DNA of 64,000 nt from an uncultured Syntrophaceae bacterium (GCA_964484485.1 CAZAGD010000065.1:7490-71489); one strand, 5' to 3'. Shown: positions 20,400 through 30,324, numbered from the stretch's first letter. Numbers and translations are program-made. The notes: generated from the sequence alone by a model not told the origin.

Positions 20400-20416
20400 T
20401 GCTCAACGGAATTTCC

Positions 20417-21124
20417 TTAACTGCTCATTTCCTTTTCCCCATGCTTCGTATCTGCATAATGTTTAATTACCAATCCTTTGACCATAAAAATAACGCCTTC
20501 AGCTATATTAGTAGCATGATCGGCAATCCGCTCCAAGCAGCGGCTGACGATGATTAAATGGGCCGCCCGGGTAATAGTTTTCGGGTCAGCCATCATATAG
20601 GTAAGCAATTCTCTAAAAACTTGGTCATTCAAACCATCTACCTCATCGTCCCTTTCACAAACTCGCCGGGCCAGATCAGCGTCACCCTTAACAAAGGCAT
20701 CTAAGACATCTTTGACCATAGATTGGGAAATTTGGGCCATGCGGGGAATATCAATATAGGGTTTTAACTGCGGTTCTTGATTTAAGAGAATCGCCCGCTG
20801 GGCAATGTTAGCTGCCTGATCGCCAATTCTTTCTAACTCAGTATTGATGCGCATGGCAGAAGTGATAAAACGTAAATCAGCAGCCATGGGCTGGTGTAGA
20901 GCCAGAAGTTTTAGACACTGATCGTCGATCAAAAGTTCCAGCTCATTAATCTTTTCATCTTCCTTGATAGTTTTTTCTGCTAAAGCAGAATCCCTCTGCA
21001 CCAAAGCAGCTATAGCATTGCTTATGGCCTGTTCCGCCAGCCCAGCCATCTTCAAGAGGTTTTCTTTCAGCTTTTTTAATTCTTGATGAAAATGCGTTTC
21101 CATCTCTCCTCCTTTTTTAGCCAT
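20417..21124 (-). CDS. phoU: phosphate signalling complex protein PhoU
   Basis: Two PhoU repeats with E(L/R)IGD motifs (TELERIGDQAANIAQRA; LERIADHATNIAEG). Confidence 0.85.
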   Translation of the reverse strand: MAKKGGEMETHFHQELKKLKENLLKMAGLAEQAISNAIAALVQRDSALAEKTIKEDEKINELELLIDDQCLKLLALHQPMAADLRFITSAMRINTELERIGDQAANIAQRAILLNQEPQLKPYIDIPRMAQISQSMVKDVLDAFVKGDADLARRVCERDDEVDGLNDQVFRELLTYMMADPKTITRAAHLIIVSRCLERIADHATNIAEGVIFMVKGLVIKHYADTKHGEKEMSS

Positions 21125-21872
21125 ATTTCCCGCTTAAATAATCTTCGGTTATCTTTTTTTGAGGTTTAGTGAAGATTTGCGCAACCGGTCCTTCTTCGAT
21201 AAGTTCCCCTCCTAATAAAAAAGCTACGCGGTCCGCAATGCGGGAAGCTTGCTGGATATTATGGGGCACAATTACTATAGTGTATTTCTTTTTTAATTCA
21301 TAGAGGGTTTCTTCAATGGCCCGAGTGGAGATAGGATCAAGACCAGAGCATGGTTCATCAAGCATGATTACTTCTGGGTCAAGAGCCAATACTCGGGCAA
21401 TGCACAATCTTTGTTGCTGTCCGCCGGATAGGCGAAAAGCAGAATTAGTAAGCCTATCCTTGACTTCATCCCATAAGGCGGCCGCTTTTAAAGCAGCCTC
21501 GACAATTTCCTGGAGGTTATTCTTTTGGCCAATACCTTTAAGGCGGGGACCGTAAGCCACATTCTCAAATATAGAAAGGGGAAGAGGTGTAGGCAAGTCA
21601 AAAACCATACCCACGCGCCTACGTAATTCCGGAAGAGAGATGGAGGAGTCGTATATATCTTGGCCATCAAGAAAAATATTTCCGGTATGTCTCGTTCCAT
21701 GGATTAAATCAGTTAAACGATTTAGACTTTTTAAAAGGGTAGTCTTGCCGCTGCGCGCCGGGCCCAAAATGGCAAAAATCTGTTTTTCATCAATGCGGAG
21801 ATTAATATTCTTCAGAGCGAGGTAATTTTTCGTAAAAAAAATTTGAATCTTTATTTTTCCTTCAGAGTCCAT
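21117..21872 (-). CDS. pstB: phosphate ABC transporter ATP-binding protein PstB
   Basis: Walker A GPARSGKTT. ABC signature LSGGQQQRLCIARVLALDPEVIMLDEPCSGLDPIST is PstB-specific. Confidence 0.85.
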   Translation of the reverse strand: MDSEGKIKIQIFFTKNYLALKNINLRIDEKQIFAILGPARSGKTTLLKSLNRLTDLIHGTRHTGNIFLDGQDIYDSSISLPELRRRVGMVFDLPTPLPLSIFENVAYGPRLKGIGQKNNLQEIVEAALKAAALWDEVKDRLTNSAFRLSGGQQQRLCIARVLALDPEVIMLDEPCSGLDPISTRAIEETLYELKKKYTIVIVPHNIQQASRIADRVAFLLGGELIEEGPVAQIFTKPQKKITEDYLSGKYG

Positions 21873-22001
21873 TAATTAATAATATCATTATTAGCAAGGC
21901 CGTGCCAGTGGCCTACCGCAAAATTTTAAAAAACGGGTAATAGTTTTGAGAAAAGGGTTATTAAATTTTCCATTAAAGCTTTTAAAAGAGGAAGTTATTT
22001 T

Positions 22002-24215
22002 TCACTTCTTCTCTTTTGTTTTTTCCAACTCTTTCTTGAGTCCCTGGACCTTCTCGCGAAATTCCCGGGTGACTTGATTCGACTCTTCCAAATCAGTAAT
22101 CACGTGCGGCGTGAGCAGTAAGACGGTCTCTGTTTTGTTAATATCGCGCGTTTGATATCCGAATAAAGCTCCTATGATCGGAAGGCGGCTTAGGAAGGGA
22201 ACCCCGGAAGCGCCAGCTTCTTTTTTATCTTCTATAAGGCCGCCGATGACGATAGTCTGCCCTTCCATAATAGAAAGGGTAGTTTTGGCTGTCTTTTTCT
22301 TAAATACGGGAATGTTATCGAGGCTGCCTAATTTGGTGCTCGCCACATCACTCTGCTCCAAGTTAATCTCCATAGTCACCAGCTTAGCATCACTAATGCG
22401 CGGGGTGACGGTTAGAATAATACCAATATCTTTATATTCAATTGTCCCTTCCACCACTGAAGGCGAAGTGGTAGCTGTGGTGGTATAAGTCGTAGTCAAG
22501 ATAGGTTGCGCTTTACCAATTTGAATCTTTGCTTCTTTATTGTTAGAGGCTAAGATATGGGGCGAGGAGATCATCTTAAGCCGATTTTCAATAGCCGAAG
22601 CATGAATGGCAGCAAAGAGGCGATCTGTAGAGGCAATGGAATAGCGTAAGCCGGAGGAAAAAGTTTCTGGAGTAGCTACCCCTCCCATACCTACAGTATA
22701 AGTGTAAGGTCTTACTCCCTGGACGAAGGTATCAGTGAAAGTGGAAAACTCCAGACCATATTTAGTTAAGTCAGTTAAAGTAACCTCTGCTAAAAAGACT
22801 TCAATAAACACTTGTTTGGGATAGAGATCAAGTTTCTTGATGGTTTCCAGAATAGCTTTATAATCACGAGGATAAGCGCGGATGATTAGGGCATTAGTAG
22901 TCTCGTCCACCACAATATTAATTTCTCCCTCGGGCACGCTCCCTTCTGGTAAAGGAGCTTTTTCTTCTTTAGGTGGAGTAGCTGGTGCAGGAGATGGTGT
23001 AGTAGTGGGGGTTGGGGGTTTGACGGTTCGCGCTGGGGTAGGAGGGGTAGGAGTTACGATCTTCTCTTTAAAGTCTTTTTTATCCTTGGTCGGGACATAT
23101 ACTTGTTTAAGAACCTCCGCTAAATCTTTGGCCTTCCCATTTTGGACATAATAAACAAAAACCCCCAATTTTGTCCCTTCCGGTGGTGTCTTATCCAATT
23201 CCTGCAGCCATTTTTCAACTTTTTCAAAAATTTGCGGTATGGAGCTGACTACTAAAAGGGAATTAATGCGCTGAATAGGGGTAAAGGTAATACCCACTCC
23301 CCTTCCACTCTTCACATTTATTTCTAAGGAGGAAAATATTCTTTCCATTTCTTTAGCTATTTCATTGACGTCGGCATTCATAATCGGGTAAATCCTGATG
23401 CGCATATCCGCAAAAATGTCCACATCGAAGATTTCAATTATGGCAGCGGATTTTTTTATATTGCCGGCTAAGTCTCCGATGATCAAGATGTTATGAGCAG
23501 GATGCTCTACAATATCTGCCCCTTCAGAAAGAAATGGTTTGATCATTTTGGCCACTTCGGCCACGGGTATAAATTTTAAAGGAATGATCTGAATGCTGTA
23601 TTTATCTTCTGGACTAAGATGATCGGGAAGTTTTAGGGTTGGTTGAGTATAAGCCCTTTTCGCTTCGGTCAAGGGCACAATCTCGTATATACCCTCTTTT
23701 TGGATAGCCGCCGCCCCGTTCAGGCGCAGTATCGATTGGAATATGGCTAAAAGTCCTTCGGTTGTTATTTGTCCGGAAGTATGAATATTCACTGTTCCTT
23801 TAACCCGGGGATCAACGAGATAATTTATCTTCAGCATATCGGCAATGACGCGAATGACTTCGTGCAGATCAGCATTATCAAAATTGAGGACTATCTTTGC
23901 TCCTTTAGCTACCTCGTTAGGTTTTTTTATCGGCAAGGGAGGCGGAAGCGTCACCGGTGAACTGGGCCTTCTTTTCTCTTCTATTTGGGCAGGAACTTTT
24001 GTTTCGGCTAATTTCTCTTTTTCGGACATACCTGCTGGAGGAATTTTTTCTGCCATATATCCGCTACTTTCTTTTTTAGGCATCTCCATGCTTGTTGGCG
24101 GCCTCATCCCCTCTTCCTTTTCTTTGCTTTTTTGCCCCGCCGTGGTCGCACAGCCAAAGCTTATAAAAAGAATTAATAAAATCAATAATCGGCAGTGAAT
24201 AATTCTCAGGGTCAT
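22002..24215 (-). CDS. gspD: type II secretion system secretin GspD (lipoprotein-type)
   Basis: 737 aa. Lipobox LILFISFGC at the N-terminus. N0/N1 domains, a Pro/Thr-rich linker and a C-terminal secretin domain (IGGLIEDKKEAGASGVPFLSRLPIIGALFG). Confidence 0.85.
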   Translation of the reverse strand: MTLRIIHCRLLILLILFISFGCATTAGQKSKEKEEGMRPPTSMEMPKKESSGYMAEKIPPAGMSEKEKLAETKVPAQIEEKRRPSSPVTLPPPLPIKKPNEVAKGAKIVLNFDNADLHEVIRVIADMLKINYLVDPRVKGTVNIHTSGQITTEGLLAIFQSILRLNGAAAIQKEGIYEIVPLTEAKRAYTQPTLKLPDHLSPEDKYSIQIIPLKFIPVAEVAKMIKPFLSEGADIVEHPAHNILIIGDLAGNIKKSAAIIEIFDVDIFADMRIRIYPIMNADVNEIAKEMERIFSSLEINVKSGRGVGITFTPIQRINSLLVVSSIPQIFEKVEKWLQELDKTPPEGTKLGVFVYYVQNGKAKDLAEVLKQVYVPTKDKKDFKEKIVTPTPPTPARTVKPPTPTTTPSPAPATPPKEEKAPLPEGSVPEGEINIVVDETTNALIIRAYPRDYKAILETIKKLDLYPKQVFIEVFLAEVTLTDLTKYGLEFSTFTDTFVQGVRPYTYTVGMGGVATPETFSSGLRYSIASTDRLFAAIHASAIENRLKMISSPHILASNNKEAKIQIGKAQPILTTTYTTTATTSPSVVEGTIEYKDIGIILTVTPRISDAKLVTMEINLEQSDVASTKLGSLDNIPVFKKKTAKTTLSIMEGQTIVIGGLIEDKKEAGASGVPFLSRLPIIGALFGYQTRDINKTETVLLLTPHVITDLEESNQVTREFREKVQGLKKELEKTKEKK

Positions 24216-24242
24216 GCTTACGACACTCCTTTCTTAATCATT

Positions 24243-25010
24243 TTATTTATCTCCCTTAATTTCTTCGGGCAGAGGGGGTCTTCTTGACGGAGGTAGAATA
24301 GAACTCGGCGGTGCGGGTGACCCCTGGAGCAAAGGCGATTGATAGGCTGGGGGTTGAATTTCTCTTGTGGGTCCAACAAAGGGTTGCGAAGTTGGGGCAG
24401 GTGGTGGCGGAGTTTTCGTAGTTGGTACCGGCCCCCCAGGAGAAGAGCGTATAGGTTCGGTGGGGCGCGTCGGAGTTCTTATCTCCCTTCTCTTTTTGGG
24501 CGATTTTAAATCATATAAAAATACTTCATACACATCCCCCGGGGCTTCTAAGACTATCCGGTCGGGTAATATTTTCGTTAGTTTATATTCTCCTATTTGG
24601 TCTCCTAAATTTAATGTTTTAGTCGCTTTCTCTCCTTTGGCCAAAGATTTTCCTTGCAGGATCAAGGAAGCCTTCTGTACTTCATCTGTTATTAATACCC
24701 CTTGAAGTTGAAGTTGAGGGCGGTTCATAGGTGTGGCCTTTGGTTGCTCAGGATTAAGAGAAACGAATTCCCTCCTTTCCGGATGGAAGATATTCTTTTC
24801 TGCAATGATTGTCAGAGAGGAGGCGTCAGCTTTGCGAATATTCAGGGTGGATAAAGGGGGCAATGTTTCTCCTTTACTATCGCTGCGCTTGCTTTCCTCT
24901 TTGACGATCGATCCCGAATCAGGCTTAGTCCAGGTTTCATAATTCTTATTAAAAAGAAAGATAATCATTACGCTTAAAATGATATTCAGAAGCCCGTAAT
25001 GCTTAAACAT
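24243..25010 (-). CDS. T2SS-associated proline-rich inner-membrane protein (GspC/PilP-like)
   Basis: N-terminal TM helix, then a central beta-rich domain and a Pro-rich C-terminus. Position between gspM-like and gspD is consistent with GspC. Confidence 0.4.
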   Translation of the reverse strand: MFKHYGLLNIILSVMIIFLFNKNYETWTKPDSGSIVKEESKRSDSKGETLPPLSTLNIRKADASSLTIIAEKNIFHPERREFVSLNPEQPKATPMNRPQLQLQGVLITDEVQKASLILQGKSLAKGEKATKTLNLGDQIGEYKLTKILPDRIVLEAPGDVYEVFLYDLKSPKKRREIRTPTRPTEPIRSSPGGPVPTTKTPPPPAPTSQPFVGPTREIQPPAYQSPLLQGSPAPPSSILPPSRRPPLPEEIKGDK

Positions 25011-25023
25011 AGATTTGCCCCGC

Positions 25024-25629
25024 TTACTTTTCTTTGATCTTTTCTGGTATCTTGCTTCCTTGCATATAGGCCGAAACCATTAAATTGCCCTGCAGAGCGT
25101 TAGGCAGGCGTGGATTAATAATCAGCAGATCCAAATCGGAGATAATTATTAATTTTTCTTGGTTCTCTAAATCAGCGATAAAGTGGCTCAAATTCATCAT
25201 ACTATTCGTGGGCAAAAATTCTATCTGCAAAGATACTTGGCGAAAGGGACCTATATCTTTGGGCTCTAAAATGCGAAAACTCCTTAAACTCACAAAATTT
25301 TTTTCCGCGATTTTTTTTACCATATCCTGGAGGTTGGCGGCAGCTAACTGCAGAGTATCTCCAGAAATAAGTTTTTTATTAATTTCTTCCATCTGTTTCT
25401 TGGCTTTTTCCAAGTTTAATTCTACTTGCGACCTATTTTGCAAAATTTCGTTATACTGACTCAAGATTTTCCTTTTTAACAAGATCTCTTCTTCAGCTTT
25501 TTTCTTAGTCTCTTCCCAGGGGATAATGGCCAAGTAGTAGATGGTTAATGCGGCGACCAAGGCCAAGAGGAGCCAGAAGATGCGGGGAGAGGTAATTTGT
25601 CTCGGGGATACCAATTTTGGGGGCAGCAT
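25024..25629 (-). CDS. T2SS GspM/PilO-like bitopic protein
   Basis: 201 aa with one TM, a coiled-coil, and a PilO/GspM-like C-terminal domain. Confidence 0.45.
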   Translation of the reverse strand: MLPPKLVSPRQITSPRIFWLLLALVAALTIYYLAIIPWEETKKKAEEEILLKRKILSQYNEILQNRSQVELNLEKAKKQMEEINKKLISGDTLQLAAANLQDMVKKIAEKNFVSLRSFRILEPKDIGPFRQVSLQIEFLPTNSMMNLSHFIADLENQEKLIIISDLDLLIINPRLPNALQGNLMVSAYMQGSKIPEKIKEK

Positions 25630-25631
25630 AA

Positions 25632-27038
25632 TTAAAGCCTCTTTTTTTCCAGGTACATGCGAATTTTAAACCTTTCTTTTTCCTTATCACTACCCAAACG
25701 GCGATCGCGTTCTTTAGTCACCGGGGCCAAAAATTCCACTTTCTCAAAGAGCGGAGAGCGGTCAAGCAACGGAATAAGGTCAGAGGCTGAATCGGCGAAT
25801 CCACTAATTTCTATTTCGCGACCAGTAGCTTTTAAATTCCATATCCAAACTGTGGGGGGCAATATTTGGGTTAGCTCTTTCAAAATATCTATCTTACGGA
25901 CTTCTAAAGAACTAAGCTTTTCAAACTCCGCTATCTCTTTGAGAATCTTTTCCCTTTCTTTCTTTAAATTTTCCACGGCGGTTACTTCGGGTTTCTTCCT
26001 ATTTACTTCGGCCCGTAAAAATTGCAGTTCATCTTGGATTTTTCGGTATGAACCCCATACCCAAGAAAGAATAAGCAAAATGGTTAAAGAAAGCAAAAAT
26101 ATAAAAAGAGGCTTACCCATCTGGCGAGTTTTTTTCTTTTCCTCCTCCGCGAGAAGATTCAATTTATAAGGCGTCTTTATTAATCCCGGCAAAGGAACTC
26201 CCACGCCGCTATAAATGGCCGGAGGTAAAGATTCTCCTCGCCTTGTTTTTATTTTATGCCGTGGGGGAGGAGTTATATACTGCAAAGAGGGATGGTCAAG
26301 CCATGAAGATACAGATTTTGTTTCTGCTCCTGTTCCGTATACGTAAAACTCAGTTTGCCCCAGTTCGGTCTCTGGAACTCCACCCATTTGACAAATTTGA
26401 ATAATCTTCTCCCCTTTTTTTTCAGAAGGTAAGGTAAAAAGAAAGTTTTCCTGCCATTGCCCTTCCTTGAGAAAATTAATCTCCGCCATTGATCCCTGCA
26501 GGTCGAGTAAAACCGTATTATTTTTATAATTCCCTCCCACATGGTAAAAGAAAAGGTTGAGCGCTCCTAAGGAAGAAATCTGGATAGCTCGGGGTTTAAG
26601 ACCAATTTTCTCTAATAGAGCAAGATAATGAGCAACTTCTCTTTTCTTGCTAAAGAGAACTACTAAACTTAGTCCTTGCCCGTCCCGATGGAGAATTTGA
26701 TAATCAAAACAAATTTCTTCTACTTCCCAGGGAACGTATTTAGGCGCCTCATACTCTAAAACCTGGCGCAGATTTTCTTGAGCAGCTAAGGGCAAACGCA
26801 AGAAACGGATGACGGTTTTTTCCCGCGGCATAGCCAGAAAAACTTTATCATTAGCTACGCCATATTGAGCCACAAAATTGCTAAGGAAAGGAAGCTGATC
26901 CTCAACGGAAAAATCTTCTGCCCAAGTTTTTACCCGATAATCCACCAAGCTAATCCCTCGCCAAGCTTTTTGCAAAAGGCAAAGGACTAAATGATTCTTT
27001 CCTAAGTCAATTCCTAAGCTTAAATTGTTACCAGCCAT
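25632..27038 (-). CDS. gspL: T2SS GspL-like protein (actin-like cytoplasmic domain + TM + periplasmic domain; PilM/PilN-fusion-like)
   Basis: N-terminal GIDLGKNHLVL actin-like ATPase fold, about 310 aa. Followed by the TM helix KPLFIFLLSLTILLILSWVWG and a coiled-coil periplasmic segment. Confidence 0.6.
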   Translation of the reverse strand: MAGNNLSLGIDLGKNHLVLCLLQKAWRGISLVDYRVKTWAEDFSVEDQLPFLSNFVAQYGVANDKVFLAMPREKTVIRFLRLPLAAQENLRQVLEYEAPKYVPWEVEEICFDYQILHRDGQGLSLVVLFSKKREVAHYLALLEKIGLKPRAIQISSLGALNLFFYHVGGNYKNNTVLLDLQGSMAEINFLKEGQWQENFLFTLPSEKKGEKIIQICQMGGVPETELGQTEFYVYGTGAETKSVSSWLDHPSLQYITPPPRHKIKTRRGESLPPAIYSGVGVPLPGLIKTPYKLNLLAEEEKKKTRQMGKPLFIFLLSLTILLILSWVWGSYRKIQDELQFLRAEVNRKKPEVTAVENLKKEREKILKEIAEFEKLSSLEVRKIDILKELTQILPPTVWIWNLKATGREIEISGFADSASDLIPLLDRSPLFEKVEFLAPVTKERDRRLGSDKEKERFKIRMYLEKKRL

Positions 27039-27053
27039 ACCTGCCGCAATCCA

Positions 27054-28151
27054 TCAGGGAATATGGTCGATCCACTGGATTACCTTATAACCATTTTTTT
27101 CTCGGGCATCGATTTTAATGATGGCTTTCAGACTCCTCCCCAATTCGTTCTCCCTCATCCATGCTCTCGTTTCAATTGTATAGTAAGGATGTAAAGGCCG
27201 AAAAGAAATAAACCGGCCAATTTCTTTCAAAAAAGGTTGTATTTCCGGCACGCGCTGACTGAGATCGGTCAAGTTTTCAAATTCCCTCTCTTCCCGCATC
27301 GAAATTACCTTCTCCGCTATTTCTCCGGGTAATCCCAAAAAACACCGGAGCACCGGCCACCCCGCGGCATTAAGATCAATCTGTTCGCCCGCGGCATAAA
27401 CAGAGAAGATGTCTTTCAAGCCGACTATTTTTTCTTCTTTTTCTCCAGGGAATAAAATTTTTTTTCCCCAAAATAATTCTTTACTTACCCCCCTAACTAA
27501 CAAAAGTTCTTCGATAGTGGCCAAGTTTCCATTTTTACAATCATAAGGTTCTTGGAGAGACCGGTAGTATTCATTTTCTGCTCCATGAGCCCGATAAAAA
27601 TCATCAGGGTCGCGCCAATCAAGTATAGAGTCCACCAAAATATCTCGGCTTTCTCCTTCCAACCCTAAACACGTGGCCACTTGACGCAAAGTTCTCTCGG
27701 AAGCCAAATTAATATTTATTTTTCCCGCTTCTCCATAAATACGTACCTGGCACGTTCCCTGGCCAAGGGAGAAAGTGTAAGGTCGGCCATCAATTAACCA
27801 CTCCCACTTGGCGGCCGGAATTTGCTCTCGGAGCAGATCTTTTTTCTTTTGCCTAAGGAAAGGATCATGCCGACAGTTCAGTTCCCCAAGGGCTCGCTCA
27901 TATGCTCCGCAGGCCCAGGCATATAGTTGGGCCTCTTCTTGGTAATTTTTTACGCTATAGCTCTCTAAGCGCATGGCTGAGCTAAATTCCAAGGCCACGA
28001 TCACCAGGATCGTAATAATCCAAATAGTAACTACCAGAGCGACTCCCTTTTCTGGGCTATTTTTTCTATTTTGTCTGTTCATCTTCATCCCGTCGGCCTT
28101 TGCGGTATTACTCTCCTTTGGGGAACGGTCTTGATCTCTTCCCAGCGGCAA
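27054..28151 (-). CDS. gspK: T2SS minor pseudopilin GspK
   Basis: GVALVVTIWIITILVIVALEF is a GspK-type N-terminus without the conserved Glu5. Size 365 aa and position after gspJ fit GspK. Confidence 0.65.
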   Translation of the reverse strand: MPLGRDQDRSPKESNTAKADGMKMNRQNRKNSPEKGVALVVTIWIITILVIVALEFSSAMRLESYSVKNYQEEAQLYAWACGAYERALGELNCRHDPFLRQKKKDLLREQIPAAKWEWLIDGRPYTFSLGQGTCQVRIYGEAGKININLASERTLRQVATCLGLEGESRDILVDSILDWRDPDDFYRAHGAENEYYRSLQEPYDCKNGNLATIEELLLVRGVSKELFWGKKILFPGEKEEKIVGLKDIFSVYAAGEQIDLNAAGWPVLRCFLGLPGEIAEKVISMREEREFENLTDLSQRVPEIQPFLKEIGRFISFRPLHPYYTIETRAWMRENELGRSLKAIIKIDAREKNGYKVIQWIDHIP

Positions 28152-28804
28152 GCCGGAAGACGCATTACTAAATCTACCTGAGTGGACTTTCCTTTTTCTA
28201 TTTCTTTTTCGTATTTAAAGCGCAAACGCACAGCCGCTGGCAATTGACCCCGCTCTTTACCCGACCATTCGCGCAGCCATTCCGCGTTAACACCATTGAC
28301 CTTATCTTCCTCTTGGTAGTATTCAAAGTAAGCTCCCTTTAGATTTTTGAGTAGAGGCCAAGCTGCCTCCGGATCATAAACTTCTTCCTGGAGGTCTCTG
28401 TTAAGCACTCTTTTTTCCGAGAAGAAGAGAGTGCCCTCGCCGTTTTGCTGGCGCAAATCATAAATCACCAACACTAACCCTTCTAATCTTTTATAGCGTA
28501 ATGAATACGTGGAAATGAATTTCAGCATCTGGGCGGTCCCTTCAAAGAATAAGTAATCTCCTTCGGCTTTGCTACTTTTGACCTTATAAGGTTGGGCCGA
28601 CTTGATCTGGCGGAATAGATATTGTTCTACCGTCCTAATCTGTTGATCTATTTCTTGGATTTCTTCCCCTTTATGCCATGAAGAAAGAGCCAAGCGGAAA
28701 ACTCCAAAGATCATTAAGAGGACAAATCCCAGAATGGTTAAAGTAACCATCACCTCTACTAACGTGAATCCGCCGGTTTTTTTTCCGCAAAAAACGTTCT
28801 TCAA
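28085..28804 (-). CDS. gspJ: T2SS minor pseudopilin GspJ-like
   Basis: Prepilin N-methylation motif GGFTLVEVMVTLTILGF. Confidence 0.6.
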   Translation of the reverse strand: MKNVFCGKKTGGFTLVEVMVTLTILGFVLLMIFGVFRLALSSWHKGEEIQEIDQQIRTVEQYLFRQIKSAQPYKVKSSKAEGDYLFFEGTAQMLKFISTYSLRYKRLEGLVLVIYDLRQQNGEGTLFFSEKRVLNRDLQEEVYDPEAAWPLLKNLKGAYFEYYQEEDKVNGVNAEWLREWSGKERGQLPAAVRLRFKYEKEIEKGKSTQVDLVMRLPACRWEEIKTVPQRRVIPQRPTG

Positions 28805-29220
28805 ATTTTTTCTTCTCCAGCAGTTTCTTTTAAAAATTTATAGGTTTCTAAAACCAAGTTTCTTTCTTTAATCCCCGCTTTCCAATTAACTTTTAACTTA
28901 ATCTGATAAAGTTCCAAAGGTACAGGTACTTCTCCATATTTTTCCCTCAAAATTTCTGTTTTTTTAATTTCCAATTGCCAACGGTAGTTTTCCGGCAGCT
29001 CCCCTTCTTCCAGGCCTTCTTGCAATCGGGGTTGCAAGATAACTTCTTCTAATTTCATTCTGGCCCAGGCTGTGGCGCGCGAATACTCATTAGCGGTTTT
29101 TCCTAGCCGCAAGGCGCCTGAAAATAATTCGATGAGGACAATTAAAGCTATGCCCATTAGGCCTAAAGCTATAACCACTTCTATTAAAGTAAAGCCAAAA
29201 CTATTTACTAGGCGTCTCAT
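28801..29220 (-). CDS. gspI: T2SS minor pseudopilin GspI-like
   Basis: FGFTLIEVVIALGLMGIALIVL prepilin motif. 139 aa. Confidence 0.6.
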   Translation of the reverse strand: MRRLVNSFGFTLIEVVIALGLMGIALIVLIELFSGALRLGKTANEYSRATAWARMKLEEVILQPRLQEGLEEGELPENYRWQLEIKKTEILREKYGEVPVPLELYQIKLKVNWKAGIKERNLVLETYKFLKETAGEEKI

Positions 29221-29222
29221 AT

Positions 29223-29711
29223 CTAAATTTTTTCTATTTCTACTAAGCCGGTTAAAAAACTGATCTTGATGAGGTACCCTTTTTGCTCTGGATCGGCCAG
29301 CAGTATTTGGCCGCCATTGGCCTGCCCTGTAGGGTAAAATTCAATAGCCGGTAAATCTGTATTGTATTTCCCGGGGTTTATTTCTTCTCGCAAATTTATG
29401 CCCGCGGGGATTTGATATTTAATCTTCTCTATCCAGGTGATACCTGTTTCTTCTTTTTTTTCTGATATTAGCGCCCGGACGATTAATTCTCTTTGTTTTT
29501 GATCGATAAGGATTTGATGTATTTGCCCTTTTTGAATCGTGGCGAGACGGCAATAGCGTAAAATTCCCGCTATTTTTTGGGCCGTTCCTTTTAATTCTAC
29601 GGCCTTGGCCAGGCGGGCCATAGAAGGGACGACTAAATACCCGGCCAGGCTCAACAAGATAAGAACCAAAACTAATTCGAGGAGCGTAAAGCCTTTATTT
29701 TTTCTCATCAA
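29223..29711 (-). CDS. gspH: T2SS minor pseudopilin GspH-like
   Basis: KGFTLLELVLVLILLSL prepilin motif. 162 aa. Confidence 0.6.
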   Translation of the reverse strand: MMRKNKGFTLLELVLVLILLSLAGYLVVPSMARLAKAVELKGTAQKIAGILRYCRLATIQKGQIHQILIDQKQRELIVRALISEKKEETGITWIEKIKYQIPAGINLREEINPGKYNTDLPAIEFYPTGQANGGQILLADPEQKGYLIKISFLTGLVEIEKI

Positions 29712-30135
29712 TATCCTTCCAGCTCACAATATCTTGATTTTCCCCTTCCCCGCCTTCAACTCCATCCAGGCCATATGAAATTAAATCATACTCTCCATGC
29801 TCTCCCGGACATTTATAAACATAGGCTCTCCCCCATGGATCTTTGGGGATTTCTTTTGGCAAATAAGGACCTTTCCACCCCTCCATTCCCGAGGGTTTCT
29901 CTCTTAAAGCTCTTAATCCTTCTTCGGTAGTGGGGTAACGGCCTACGTCCAAGCGTAAAGCATCCAGAGCCGTCCCGAATAGCTCAATCTGCGCTTTGGC
30001 TGCCTTTTGTTTAGCTGTACTCACTTTGCCGAAAAGTCTTGGGCCCACTAAGGCAGCTAACAGACCAATGATAATAATTACTATTAGCAATTCAATCAAG
30101 GTGAATCCTTTAACTCTCCTTGATTTTCTCAGCAT
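29695..30135 (-). CDS. gspG: T2SS major pseudopilin GspG
   Basis: KGFTLIELLIVIIIIGLLAALVGPRL...RLDVGRYPTTEEGLRAL is the canonical GspG sequence. 146 aa. Confidence 0.85.
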   Translation of the reverse strand: MLRKSRRVKGFTLIELLIVIIIIGLLAALVGPRLFGKVSTAKQKAAKAQIELFGTALDALRLDVGRYPTTEEGLRALREKPSGMEGWKGPYLPKEIPKDPWGRAYVYKCPGEHGEYDLISYGLDGVEGGEGENQDIVSWKDIDEKK

Positions 30136-30159
30136 CTATCCTCCTTAGAATCTACCCTT

Positions 30160-30324
30160 TATCCCCCACTCTCCCCCGTGGTCGGGTGTCAGTAGGACAG
30201 TGTCGGAACGACAATCGTACCGATTCGTCCCGACTCTTATCTACTCTCCCCATGCTTGGGGAGAGGTTTTAGGTTGAGGGGTTAAAAATGGCCAAGGTCA
30301 TTTATTCAATGCTTCTATTAATCA
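30160..30324 (+). mobile_element. MITE family A, copy A1 (5'-truncated; fills the gspF-gspG intergenic space)
   Basis: About 90% identical to 37640-37797 and 44820-44991, including GTCGGAACG...CGTTCCGAC and TCTCCCCA...TGGGGAGA hairpins and the right TIR-like end ATGCTTCTATTAATCA. The left TIR is missing. The element ends at the gspF stop codon. Confidence 0.5.

Noticed and set aside
21873-22001. Pho box upstream of pstB
   Set aside because: No tandem CTGTCAT-like direct repeats were recognisable. Only a weak GGCC-n8-GGCC hairpin is present, and the Pho box consensus for this lineage is unknown to me.
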